From the NCBI GenBank assembly GCA_013239625.1, contig MU053431.1, positions 1,700,485 through 1,764,484 of the forward strand: a stretch of 64,000 nt of DNA. The letters are read 5' to 3'. The notes beneath the pieces are model-generated. The model saw only the letters and a program-made list of their open reading frames with translations. It was not told the origin of the DNA and did not search any database. A program made the translations under genes and the position numbers. Within the stretch, counting starts at the first letter, position 1; each line of letters opens with the position of its first letter. This document shows, in pieces, positions 1-12,529 of the stretch. Source of the DNA: Lama guanicoe (lineage: Eukaryota).

Positions 1-750
1 CTTCCACAGGGGTGAGTGGGCAATCGAGGGCTAAGGCCAGCTCAGGGGAAAGGTCTGCACCTGGGCATGAATTTGGGGTCATCAATGTCCGGGTGATCTT
101 TGAAGCCTCAGGACTGGCTGAGGTCATGGAGGGTGTGGACAGCTGGCAGGGGAGGCCTGAACCATGCGGGCCCCAGAACCTGAGAGCAGGGAAAGAGGAG
201 GCAGGAGGGGGTGGGCGTTATGCAGGGAGGCCGGGCACACAGTACGTGCTCAATAAACGTGAATCAGTAAGTTATTGGCACAAAGTTCCCTGGTGAAGAG
301 ACCCTCTCCTCAGCCACAGAGGGGACGTGAGCCTTGGGATCACACGGGCTGCCAGGGTGGCACAGGGCCTCCCCGGACCCAAGCAGGTCGTCGCTGCCTT
401 CCCGTGCCCTCGCCCCTTGAGGCCCAGGGGGTCCTAAAGCTCCTCGCCTCACCCACAAACGGGACGCTTGGGTTCCTGAGATTTCCAAGCTGCAGCTGCC
501 TCGAGAGGAACCAGAGTTAGGTTAGCAAAGTGCAGAGAGGAGCTCTGTGATGAGAGGGTGAGAAGAGCGCGGGGGACTGGCCTGTGCCAGCCCACGCCTG
601 CCCCCACCCACCCGCCTGCTGTTCCCCTGTCTTCTGGGGCCGCGTAAGTTTCCACAAATGCCCGATTAGCAGGGTTCCAGGGATCAAAAGAGGCCGGACC
701 ACAGGGATGCCTCGCTGCCCCCAAGAATGCTTCCCCGCTGGAAGCTGGGG

Positions 751-783
751 GTGTGTGTGTGCGCGCGCGCACGTGTGCACACA
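751..783. repeat. (GT)5(GC)5ACGTGTGCACACA alternating purine-pyrimidine tract
   Basis: 33 nt uninterrupted RY alternation, read directly. Confidence 0.9.
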
Positions 784-891
784 GTATCCTGACCCTCGAT
801 GGCTCAGAGGGGCACGGCCGGGACCACAAGCCCCCTTGAGGCTGTGGACCTGTGGGCTGGGGTTTTGCCCAGCTAGCTGCCCTGGGAGGGA

Positions 892-1040
892 GGTGGTTCT
901 TAAACTTGGAGTGCCTCTGGAAGGCTTCTCAAAACCCAGAGTGCTGGGGCCCCCCATTTCTGGCTCAGCAGGTCTGGGGCATTGAGAAAATGCCTTTCCA
1001 GGGTGCTTCTGGCCTGGGGACCCCGCCTTGAGAACCACTG
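892..1040. mobile_element. MER5A-like hAT-Charlie MITE (second partial copy to about 1115)
   Basis: Terminal inverted repeats GTGGTTCTTAA ... TTGAGAACCAC; internal tgctggggcccc / caggtctgggg typical of MER5. Confidence 0.75.
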
Positions 1041-2499
1041 ATGTGGGGGTTCCCACCCTCCTGCCTCCAGATTAAATCACCTGGAGAGCTTTAAAAACCA
1101 AGCCTGGCCCCTCTCAGACACATTATGTCAGAACCTGGGGGAGGGAAGAGAGATGGGGAGCCGGATGGTGAGTCTTTGAAGTTCTCTGGACGACTCCATC
1201 ATGGGCGGGGGGCGTGGGGGAGAACAGGTGAAACAGATATGGTCCTGCACGTGGTCCAACACCACGCAGCCACGCAGCCACGCAGAGGGAGGGGCTGGGC
1301 GGGCAGTGCGGCCGGTGAGCGTGGACACGCTGGCCCCCCGGAGGCGGGGGGGGCCTGAGGTCAGGGCTGTGGGCAGGATTGTCGGGGGTCCTGGATTCAG
1401 CGGAGGCAGCCCTGTGGGATAATCTCCAGACCCGCCGAGCGGAGCGAACGACGGCATTGTGCAAAGGTCCAGAGGCCAAACACCAGGACACACACACACT
1501 CACACGCTCCTTGTCTCCAGAGACGCCTGCCTACCTGCGTGTCCTGCGCTGGGCCCAGGGCGAGCCGCTCTCATGGCCCGTGTGACCGCCTTGTGGCCAG
1601 CAGCACACTGCCTGGGGCACCGCTGGGCAGAGGGCGGTGTTTTCTCATTGCTTTACTCAGAGTCGCCTCTCTGGGGATCTTGAAAAGCAGACTGGGTTTT
1701 ATTTGGGTTTATTCATGTTTTTAAAGCCTCTGCAGACAACATTGCCCACCTGGGGTGACCAGGCCCGTTTCCTCCTCCAGGCCCAGCCCAGGCTCTGGTC
1801 ATTAATGATCAGTTAAAGCCGAGTGGAGGGAGAGGGGGGGAGGGGAGGGAGGAGAGGCTGGAGGCGGCGGCAATGGAGCTTCTGGGTCCAGGCGGGCTCC
1901 TGGGCCTCTCTGGGCGGGAGGCTCCGGTCCCAAGTCAAGGGGTCCAGCCGCCCCTTGGGCCCTGCTCCCCAGGACAATGACCTGAACCATCTATTTGTCC
2001 TGAGGTCCTCAGGCTCAAGCGCTCGAGACCCACAGGCGTCTGCTGGTGCCAGGCCAGGTGGGGTGGGGTGGGGGTGGCTAATGACCAAGGCCCGGGGGAC
2101 GGGCACAATGTGGTCTCACACTGCACAGGCTGCGGCCACCTCAGCTCTCAGCGTGGAGCCCCGTGCTGGTCCAGGTCCCAGGCCTCTGTCTCTAACCCTC
2201 CCCCCTCAGCCCCTACCAGTGCTTCTCACCAAGGTCTTCCCAAGGTGGCGGCTGGACCCCTTGACTTGGCAAAGGCGTCGGGGAAGCCAGGGCCTGCAGA
2301 AGGGCGAGAGCCGAGGTGGATGTCCGGGGAGGCCCTCCCCCACCACCAGCACTGGGGAGGACCCAGCATGCGGCGTCCCCAAGGAACCTCTCTGGAGGTG
2401 GGTTGGCGGCGGGGATGGGGCACGAGGCGGATGGTGTCCCCATCTCCAGCTCTCGTCCCTCTGCAGGGAACTTCCTCAAGCTGGTTACAGGCATCTACA

Positions 2500-4450
2500 G
2501 AAAACAAAACAACAGCAAAGCGTAAACAGAAGGCCAATAGCCAGCACCATTTTTATTGGTGGAAGACCTGGCAGTATAATAAGGCGACAGACAAGTCACG
2601 AAATTTTGGGAAGAAGAAGTAAAACTGTCTCCAACCACAGGTAACATGACACCTATACAGAAACTCTCAAGGAATAGACAAAAAAGCGACAAGAGCTAAG
2701 AAATGAGTTTTGCAAGGTCATCTGATGCAAGGTCACTATACAAAAATCAGTCGTATTTCTATACCCTAGCAAGAGCTATTACGAGCTGAAATTTGGGAAC
2801 AGTACTGTTTACAATGGCAACAAAAGCATACGAAATACTTAGATATAAATCTAAAAATATGTGTAACTTCTGTAAGCTGAAAACTACAAGACACTGATCT
2901 AAGAAGTCAACAAAAGGCAAAGAAATGGGGAGATAAACCACCTTCATGGATTGTTTACATGTTTCCCCTAAACTGGCCTAAAGAGCTAACGCCGTTCTGG
3001 GGAGGTGGGGCGGGGAGCAGCAGAAATTTTCAGTAGAAATTCGGAAACTTATTTTAAAATGTATATGGAAAGGCAGAGGAGCTAGAATCACCAAAACAAG
3101 TCTGAAAAGGAACAAAGCTGAGGGGTCACACGGCCTGATTTCAAGTCTTACTCTAAAGCTGCAGCCACCGAGGGCAGGGTTCACCACAGGATAGACTCAG
3201 AGATGACAAGAACAGAAGAGAGACCCCAGAAGCAGACCCCCACGTATATATACAGGCAACCGACTTTCAGTGAAGGTTCGAAGGTGACTCAATAGTGAAA
3301 GGATGGTCTTTTCAACAAATTGCGCTGGAAAAATTCAATATCCATATGCAAAAAAGGGACTTGATTCATGCATCACAACATATACAAAAATTGACTCAAA
3401 ACAGTTCATAGACCTAAGCATAAAGTCTAAATTATAAAACTTCTAGAAGTCATGAAAGGAAATTTTTGTGACCGGGGGTTGGGCAAAGATCTTAGCTATG
3501 ACACTAAAAGCCTTGATCCGTAAAGGAATAAATTTGTCAGTTGGTCAAAACTAAGAACTTCAGCTCTTTCAGTGACAGTTAAGAGAATGAAAAGAAAAGC
3601 TGTGGCCTGGGAGAAAATATTTGCAAGTCACATTATCTGATAAATCACTTGTATTCAGAATATATAAAGAACTTTCAAAGCTCAGTAACAATACACATCC
3701 CAGTGTTTAAAATAAGCGGACAATTTGAACAGACACTCCATCAGAGAAGATACACGAATGGCAAATAAGCACATGCAAAGACGCTCAAGGTCCTTAGTTA
3801 CTAGGCAAACGCAGGCTAAAACCCCAGCAGAGACGCCAGTGCACGCTTACTAGAACAGCTCAGTTGAAAGAAAACATCTGACAATGCCAAGCGCTGGCAA
3901 GGGTGTGGAGCAACTGGAACCCTCGCGCTTTGCTGGTGCGAAAGCGAAACGACGCAGCCACTCTGGAAGGCAGCTCAGCTCTTCTTACAAAGAGAAGCCT
4001 GCTCAGCAGCCCCGCTCGTGGTTACTTGCCCAAGTGAAACGGAAGTATGCTCACACGTGTCTCACCTGTGGACGCGTATAGCGGATTTGTTCATATCGCG
4101 CCGAACGTCCTTCTCGGAATGGGTGGCTGAGCTGCGCACGTCTGTACGATGAAATCCCGCTTGGGGGTTAAGAGCGAGGAAGCTGCTGGTGGACACGTCC
4201 ACGCATCTCAGAGGCGCTGTGCTCGGCGAAGGAGGCCAGACCCCAAGGTGAGGCACAATCCGACTCCCTTTACTGGCAAAAAGCTACGGGGACGGACGAG
4301 AGATCAGCGTGTGCCTGCGCGGGGGTGCAGGGGGGCACTACGAGGGTTCGTGGGGGCCAGGCGGACGGGTTCTCCCCTTCCTGATTACAGACACAAGTAT
4401 TTGTGCTTGTCAAAACCCACAGAATCGTGCACTTGCCCTGCACACGCGCA
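2500..4450 (+). mobile_element. Ancient L1 (L1M-type) fragment: ORF2 RT/C-terminal region through 3' UTR
   Basis: A-rich strand. Degenerate equivalents of LFADDM..ENPK and EFSKV.GYK..QKSV.FLY at about 2620-2770; gaaaggatggtcttttcaacaaat; gggagaaaatatttgcaa; gcaagggtgtggagcaactggaaccctc. Many stops. Confidence 0.88.
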
Positions 4451-4489
4451 TATTGCCCCTTTTCCAAATTGGAATAGCCCCTCTGGTCT

Positions 4490-6250
4490 CCTTGCGCTGT
4501 TTGCATTGAGTGATAGAGTATCTTTTCCTGTTCACTTAATGTTACCTGCTTGTGTCCATGTGGGAAGCTTGTCTCTTGTAGCCAGAGTGTGGTAGGATCT
4601 GGCCTTCTTCATATCCACTCTGCCCTTTAGTCAGCTGGAATGCTTAAAGCATGAACATTTGCTGCAGTTATCCACCTGGTTGGATTCAGGGCTCCCATTT
4701 TATTTTTTGTTTTCTGTCTGTCTCCTTTGGGTTTTTAAAACTTATTCCTTCTAATGAATATTTTTTCAGTTTTCTGCTTTATTGTATGTATTGGCTTTTC
4801 GACTATCTTGTGTTATTTTTTAGAGGTTGCTCTAGAGATTTCAATATCCTTAATCTTTTGCAGTCTGCTTGGAGTTAGTGTTTTACTGTTGCCCACCAAG
4901 TATGGGAAAGTTTGCAACACTCCGGTCCGTTCTCCACCTTACCCCCCGCCAGCCTTTATTCTGTCATCGTCATGTGTGTTCCACCTAAATGTTGGAAATC
5001 CCACCAGAGAGTATTACCATTTTTTGGTTCTAAATAGACTTATATGTTTCAAAGAACTTAAGGGGAAGGAAGGCGAGCTTCCATCCTTGGTCACCATCTC
5101 TGTTGTCCCGCCTTCATCTCTGAGCTCTGCTTCCTTCTGGGGTCGTTTCCCTCCAGCCCTTAGCGTTTCTGGCAGAGAAGCTCTCTTAGCTTTCCTTCAT
5201 CTCAGAGCATCTTTATTTTACCTTCGTTCCTGAAAGACATACTTACAGGAAATAGAATTCTGGCTCTCTGGCCTCCATGGTTTCTGACGAGAAGTTGCCG
5301 CCATGGGAATCGTCGTTTCTGCACGTGGAATGTGCAGTTCTTCCAGAGCCACCGGATTCCCGACGAGGGGACAGAGACCCCTCTCCATGGAGGGGGTCAC
5401 AGCCATGCTGGAGAAGAGGCTGGAGCTGGGTGAGACCTGTCTTTGCTGCTTTCAAGATACTTCTCTTGGTTTCAGGCGATCTGCTGCGTATGTTTCCAGG
5501 TGTGGGTCTGTTGAGTTTATCCTCTTTGGGATTCTCCAGGCTTCTTGCATGTTCAGATTTGTGTCTCACCAGATTTGGAATGTTTCAGCCATCATTCTTT
5601 CTTTTGTTTGAGGGGAGGTTGGCAATTAGGTTTATTTATTTATGTTTAAAGGAGGTGCTGGGGATGGAACCCAGGACCTCATGCATGCTAAGCATGTGCT
5701 CTACCGCTTGAGCCACACCCTCCCCCCTCAGCCATGACTCTTCAAATAGCTTTTCCACTCCAATCTCTTTCTCCCCCTTTTCTGGAACCCCAGACGCACC
5801 CTGACTTTTGACATTGTCCTCACTGGTCCGTGAGGCTCTGTTCAGTTTTTCCTTTTCTCCTTGGTCTTCACATGGGATATTTTCTGTTTATTTATCTATC
5901 TTGAAGTTCACTGACTTTCCTCTTTCAACTCCACTCTGCTACCAAGTCCATCAGTGAAGCTTTACATTCCAGATGTATTTTTCAGTTCTAAAACACTCAC
6001 TTGTTTACTTTGTGTTTCCAGCTTCTCTGCTGAGAATTCTTATTCATCTCATATCGTCTTCGCTCTGGGTGTGCACACGAGTGTGATCTCACACGGCCGT
6101 TGTGACACCTGCTGCAAGCACTGGCCCTCCCGGGACTGGCCTCCGATCAGTGTCTTTCCTCTGAGAAGCGGTCGTTTTTCTGGACTCTGCTGAGTAACTC
6201 GCTTTACGTCCTGGTTGTGAACACAGTGCTGTGCAGACTCTGGGCTGTTC
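4490..6250 (-). mobile_element. Ancient L1 fragment, ORF1 to start of ORF2, antisense; interrupted by a SINE
   Basis: T-rich + strand. Minus ORF 5243-5569 has RPTPGNI...SILKAAK, resembling ORF1p RPTPRHI..KILKAARE. Motif ggcctccatggtttctgacgagaagt. Confidence 0.75.
5600..5727 (-). mobile_element. tRNA-Ala-derived SINE (camelid vic-1-like) with target-site duplication
   Basis: Minus strand reads GGGTGTGGCTCAAGCGGTAGAGCACATGCTTAGCATGCATGAGGTCCTGGGTTCCATCCCCAGCACCTCC (A and B boxes) plus an AT-rich tail. TSD TCAGCCATCATTCTT (5585-5599) / TCAGCCATGACTCTT (5728-5742). Confidence 0.9.
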
Positions 6251-9200
6251 TCTCCCTCCGGAGATGCTGGCGCCTACTCCCCAGCAGGCCAGTCACCTCC
6301 CCTCGGTGGGCAGCGCTGCACCGCCGCCGTGGCTGGCTGGGCCTGCCCCGCCGCGCACCCTCCGGGCTTGCTCTGAGATGCATGAGAACTCGCACACAGA
6401 ATCGGGGCTCCTCCTGGGTGGCTCTGCCCCTTTCTGCACTCTCTCTACCCTGCTCCCTGCAGGGCCCCTTGTCCAGTTCCTCTGGCTGGAAGGATGGGGC
6501 TTCTCTCGGAGTTTGAGCCTCTCATGTGGCTGTGCTGATGTGAGACTAGGGCTTGCCCTCTGGGCAGAGCCTCAAGGAAACCCAGAGACTCCAGGCAGGT
6601 TCTTCTCCACGCGGCCCCTCCGTGGTCTGCCTGCGTCCCCGAGGCCTCAGAAGCCACTGTTTGCATGCTGTCCGGATTTTAGTCATAGCCAGAGAGAGGG
6701 ACAGGCCTTAGCTAGATCAGTCCTGTGGGGCTGTATATGAGGTGTCACCTGTTTCCTGACAGCGAAGCTTGGTGGGGTGACCTTCATGGCCCCTGAAGGT
6801 GGGAGTGGGCACCTGGCTGTGTGCAAGGCACCTGGGCAGGGCCATTAACTCCAGGAGGTGGTGAGGACTCTGTGGACAGCTCTTTACCTGGGGCACCGGC
6901 CCGAGCTGTCTTGCGTCTGGTGTGGGCGGCTGAGCGAGGCCACGAGCTAGGTCAGGTGGGGAGTGACATCAGCACATTGATGCAACATCTTCCTTTCCTG
7001 CGTCAAAGTTGAACCAACATCCTCAGACACAGGCGGCAGCTGCCCATCCCCCCGCCACAGCCGCGGGGAGGGCGGGCAGGGCTGGACTCTGAGCCTGAGG
7101 GGGGCCACCGGGCACTCAGCGAGGTGGGAGCAGAGGGGCCGGAGCCCATTCTGTCCCCGCCCGCTGTTCTTTGAGCTACTCCAGGGTGCCTAGGGTGGCA
7201 GAGTCCTTGTCGGACCCAGGTTTCCTTGGCCCCACACCCAGCTCCAGGGGTGAATAATTGATGGCAGAGCCGATGAGCTCAGAGCTGGCGGCGGGGCCGT
7301 CTGGCCGGGTGGCGGTGACTCAGTGGGGAGGAAGAGACGGGAAGCAGAGGCATCTCACGCACACCCGGCCCATCGGTAACCGGCAGGAAGGGGGACATGA
7401 GACATATGGGCCGTGACAGCTTAATGGCCTTTGGTTAAAGCGTCCCCTGAATGTGCTAGCACCAGGAGGCTCTTAGCTGAGGCCACTCGTCTGGCCAGGC
7501 TGGGCCGGGGCTGCAGGCTCGCTTCCCAGGTGCAGGTGGCACCTCCTGCTGCAGGATCTGTGGCCTCGGGGGGACGCTGGGTGGGCAGTGGAGGAGGGTG
7601 CATCCTGGGGACCTGGACCACCCGGCCACACCTAGACGGGGACGATTCTGGGCCAGACCTGGGCCCTACTCTGCCTGTTCACCGTGACACCCACCTCCCC
7701 TGAGGGCCCCTCCCAGGACCCACCAGCAGGAGCTGGGCAGCCAGGCATTGTGGCTGGAAGACCCAGAACCACGTGCCTGTCCTCTAGGTGCTGAATCCCA
7801 GGCCCCACCATCCCCTCCAGATCCGGTATCCCTTGGTTTGGGGAAAACAGTGAGGTCAGAGGGGACTTGGTCACATTCCCCAAAGAGCCCAGAATAGGAC
7901 AGGAATACCCAGCTCAGCTCCTCTGGGCTGCAAGAGCTCCTCTTGGGGGTGGGGAGGGCAGGGAACTTCCAGGGAACTGTCACTCCCTTTCACTCCTGAG
8001 GACAAGAGGACTTGGAGTTGTGGCAGCAGGGGCAGGGCCCACGACTCACCTGCGTGCACACCTGGCCCAGCTCAAATGGCCCACTGGGAAGAGGCCTGCC
8101 TGCACACCTGCCCAGGTCACTCCGCCTGATGGGGAGGAATCCCAGTAAGCTAAAGATTCAGGATTTCAGCTAAGGGGTCAACAGTTGATGGAGGGCCTGG
8201 CTTTTCTGTCGTATCCATGACGGGGGGGGGGTGGTGATGACAGGTGGGGGTCTCAGCCTGGCTGGGGTCTGAGGACAAGGCCCCTACACCAGCTCCAGGG
8301 AGACTGTCCCCATTCCCCTCGGGCTGTGCAGGGCAACAGAGGACCATCCTGGTGGGACAGACAGAGGCCGAGTGGGAGGAGCCCCGAGTGGGGAGACGGG
8401 GCCACCTGGACTGGCCCGCGGCCCAGGCCTCCAGCAGCTCCCGCCAGGCCCCCGCCTGTGCCCGCACGCCGCCCTCCCCAGGCCCCGCAGCACTTCTGCA
8501 GGGGTGGTTGGCTGTCCTCCGCCAGAGCCAGCACCCGCCAGGGACAGTGGGAGGACGGGTGCTCGGCAGGCCTGTCCTCTTGGGGCCGAGGGGCAGCTCA
8601 GAGCAGCTTCACGACCCAGAGGGCCTGCAGTGGCCCGTCACCGGTGGTCACCGTTCCGGATGCAAGTGTGACGCTGCAGTGAGTGGGCCGCTGGTGGAGA
8701 CCTGCTCACCGTCCTGAGTCACACCACGTGTGACTTGTCACAGTCGCCTCTCCAATGTCACTCTACAGCTTGATTAATAGCTGGGCTGGGCGTCCCAGAA
8801 TGTTTAAGCTCTTTCGCTTTTGGGAATTGCAGTGAAGCGCCTTCCTCCGGACGGTTCTCCCTCACACCTGTCCAAACAGCTTCATCCAGTCCAGACAGCG
8901 GCTCCGGCCTCCGTGGCACCTTTCTGTTAATCACGAATCGCGTGCTTAAGGGTGACCCCTTCATCAGATGCGGGGACTGACCTCCTTGGCTTTCACGCCC
9001 GAGGAAAACGTCCTATGAAATTCCAAAAGGAGAGAAAGACCCCACTGGTCAGAGAGATGGAGACGGAGGGGGAGGGGAGGGCCTGGGGCTGGTGAAGTCC
9101 TTGCCATCAAGAAAACCCCTCATTGGAGAACATGGTGTAAAAATAGCGTCTCAGCTAAATGGACCACGCTCCAAGCGGAGTGGTGCCAGCCCCCGCCCCC

Positions 9201-12200
9201 CTGACTCTCCGAGGACCCACACGTTGACCCCGCGCTGGGAAGCCCTGGGCTGGGGGCCAGCGAAGCACTCTCAGAGTTGAGAGCAGGCCCAGTCTTAACT
9301 GGTATTATTCATTAGCTGTTTTACTCAGCTGGCTGGCACAGCCCCAGCTGCCTCCTGGGCTACAGGGATGCAGGCCTCTAGGCTAACGATCCTCAGGGCC
9401 GGGCAGGGTACATCCCACCCCGGCATCCTCCTCGCTATGCTCTGGGGGCCACGTCCCAGGAACTCCACACCCCCAGAGCTCACCACCCCTCCCCAGGCCC
9501 TGCCCCGGGGAAACCAGCCAGCAGCTCTCGCTTTCTGAGACTTGGGAGCCCCAGACGGAGAGATGGGGTTGAGGGGTGGGGAAGCAGTGTTTGCAGCAGC
9601 TTTGAAGGTCAAAAGCCGCCGTCTCTGCAGCCACTCTCAGGGGAGTCCTGGCGCCCCGGGGCCACAGGGAGACGGGGCTGTCGGGCTTCCTTCCCCTTTG
9701 TAGGGGACGCTTCGGGGGGACCCTCTTCTTGAAGGAGTGGACCTGGCTCTGCCGTGGGGGGTCCTTTGCCACCCTGTTCCAGCCCACGTGTCTCAGGTGA
9801 GGCTGGCCGGCCAGTCCAGGGCTGAGCACATGACCTTGGTGACGTCAGGACGCTCAGTCCTGGGAGGAGCGAGGCAGGGGCAGGCTCTGCCTTTCCCCGG
9901 GCGGCTTCCATGTTGGAACCGTGGGCCTGCGAGGACGAGCCAAGTGGGGCGGGGTGGACCTCGTGTTTGTAGACGTGCAGTCAGACCTGAGAGTCGCTGA
10001 TTCGAGGCCCCGCTGGCCGTGATAAAGGCGTAATGTTTAGATTAACAGGGTGCTGTGCAGAGAACAGCCTGTTGGCCAGGTGTGGGCATCAGGGACAGGC
10101 GTGGGAGAAGACACCTGCTGACAGGCTGGGGGTGAGGGAGAGACACGGAGGACCAAGGACCTGGAGTGGAGGGCGCCCCTGTTCCCTGGAGCTGTGCCCT
10201 GGCTGGTGGCCCGCCCGGGGCAGGGGAGCCACAGGAACAGGTGGAGTGGAAAGAAGAGGGAAGAGGCCACACTGGGAACTGCCCAGGGGGCTCCTGGGCA
10301 CCGGGTGGAGGGCTCCGCCCCTTGCCGCCCTGGGCCGGGTGATACTGGGAGGCCCCGGCAGGGACCCGGGGGCTGGGCCAGCGTGGATGCCCCCGCTGGG
10401 CCTCTGAGGACAGGCCTGCGTAAACGAGGGCTCCCGCACGGGTCTGTGGACCAGAGCCAGCGCCCCCTCCCCACCGCAGTCAGGTGTCTGGGGAGACCCA
10501 GCGGGAGCCGCCAAGCTGCAGGATGAGGAGCCGTGAGGCCCGCCCGCCTGCCTTCCCACCAGGAGAAGCACTAGGCTGCGCTCAGCCGGCCGGTCACGCC
10601 GCCCGCTGGCCCTGGTAGCCGAGTGGGGGCTTGGCTGCTCCCACACCCTCCTCGGCTGGAGCCAGGGGGGCTGCCAGTGATGTCAGGTGGGGCCCTGAGA
10701 GTCGGAGGGGGGTTCAGAGTGTTGTATCCTGCAGACCCCCAGAACTGTGGGGGCCCCTCAAACCAGAGGCAGATCAGGGCTCCAGTCCGAGGCCCTCGGG
10801 GTGGTGGCAGGACCGTCTCTCTGGCTCCAAGCAGCATCTTCCTACTGCGCAAACATGCCTCCCTTCGACTTTCAGCAAATTCCTGGCTGAATCAAGGGTC
10901 ACTGCTCTGGAGACTGGCTGGAGGGGGCAGGGCCCGGGAGGAAGCGGGGGTGGGGGGGTTATGTGTCGGGGACACGTGGTGGCTGCTTCCTGGTGGAAGG
11001 AGAGAAGCGGGCAGATGTGAAGGGTCTCCAGAAGCTGAGACAGTAGCATGAGCCCCAGCCACGCTCAGACGAGCCCCTTCCTGCCCTGGTCCGTCGTCAC
11101 CGCAAAACCAGCGTCTGTCCTGGGTCTGCGGGCTCGCTGCGGGTGGGCTGACCCAGCCGGCTCCACGCTGCGGAACCACAAGCTCTACTCACTGTGTTTC
11201 GTACTCTTCTGGGAGCAGCAGGTACCAGGGCCGGTCCTTCCCCCAGGGATGCAGAAGCCGGAGCCCAGCTCAGCCGCCGATGCAGGGGCCAAGGCTTCAC
11301 TGTGTCACGCTCACAGGGTCCCACTGGCCGGCGGAAGTTACGGGACAAGAGGAAAGCTCCCTCGGCAGCGGGGGGTCCCTCACAGGGGCGTGGGGCCCCA
11401 GGGCTGCCCCGGGAACAAGGGGGTTGCTCCCCAAGGGCCCCTGCCCAGGAGCGTACCCCGGTCTCTCCAGAGTCTCAGAGAGCTCTGCCACCAGGAGTGG
11501 CCAGCAACCTTGTTGCAGGTCAGGGGAGACGTTTCACGAGATGAGGGAGGCGTCGGCACTGAGCCGTTTAGGGGGAAATGGTCATTAGGAGCAGAAAGCA
11601 GTTTCAGGCCCCTCCCAGGGGTTTGCCTGGTGCCAGCGCAGACATGGGCCAGAGGATGGAAGACGGGCAGGTGAGGCCACGGCCCCAGCCCTCCCAGGTT
11701 GCTCTCGTGGAGAAGCCGGAAGGCTCAGCGGCCCCCAGCCAAGGGGCTCAGCTTTCTCCCCCAGGGTCATAAGAGGACCACGATTCTTAGTGGCAGAGCA
11801 AACGCCGGTCCCAGGGCGCCCTCCCTCCATGTCCCCTGTCTGGCCAGGCGGCAGCATTACAGTAATCGGCCACGATGATGCTAAACATAAAAAGATTGCT
11901 TTCCGGGAAAACTGCTGACATGCGGGACTCTGGCAAAGAGAGAGCTGAGGGGGTCGGGCCTCTGGGATCCACACGACACGTGATGGCTCGGACGGCGGTC
12001 AACTTTCAGCCCTGAAATGAAAACAGCCTTGATTTATGGAATTCCGCAAGTCAGGCTTCTCTACGTCGCCCGGCGTTAGAAGCAGCGACGTCCTGCCAGG
12101 CAGCCCCGGCGGGCGCAGGGCCCCCGCCGCGCCCTGGTGCCCTGGCAACTGACCTCCAAGTACGGCAGAAGCAGCGCAGGCGTCCAGTCGCCCTCAGGCC

Positions 12201-12529
12201 CTGGCTGTGTTCAGGGGCACGTTGCTTCTGCGCTCCTCACGGCTGTCACCTGCCCCCTCTCTGAGCCCTCGTGTGCGCACGTGCGCGCTGGGCGCAGCAG
12301 GGGCTCTGAAGCTGAACTTGACCGGGGGGGGGGTGGTCACTGCGCAGTAGATGACAGATGGCCTACTAGGGGAAAGGAGCTCTCTCCAACTCCACTGACC
12401 TGGGACAAACTTTGTATTCAGGGGGTCTGATGAAGATCTATGGGAAATACCAGCTTCTACCCATTTAAAACCATGTAATTAGATTCCGCCTGCGGTCTCT
12501 GGTCACTAATGCAAGACTCAGCTAATTAT

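Noticed and set aside
5650-5725. tRNA-Ala-like sequence as a tRNA gene
   Set aside because: It has a SINE tail and TSD, a degenerate T-loop and acceptor stem, and a second diverged copy at 29.4 kb; it is a SINE.
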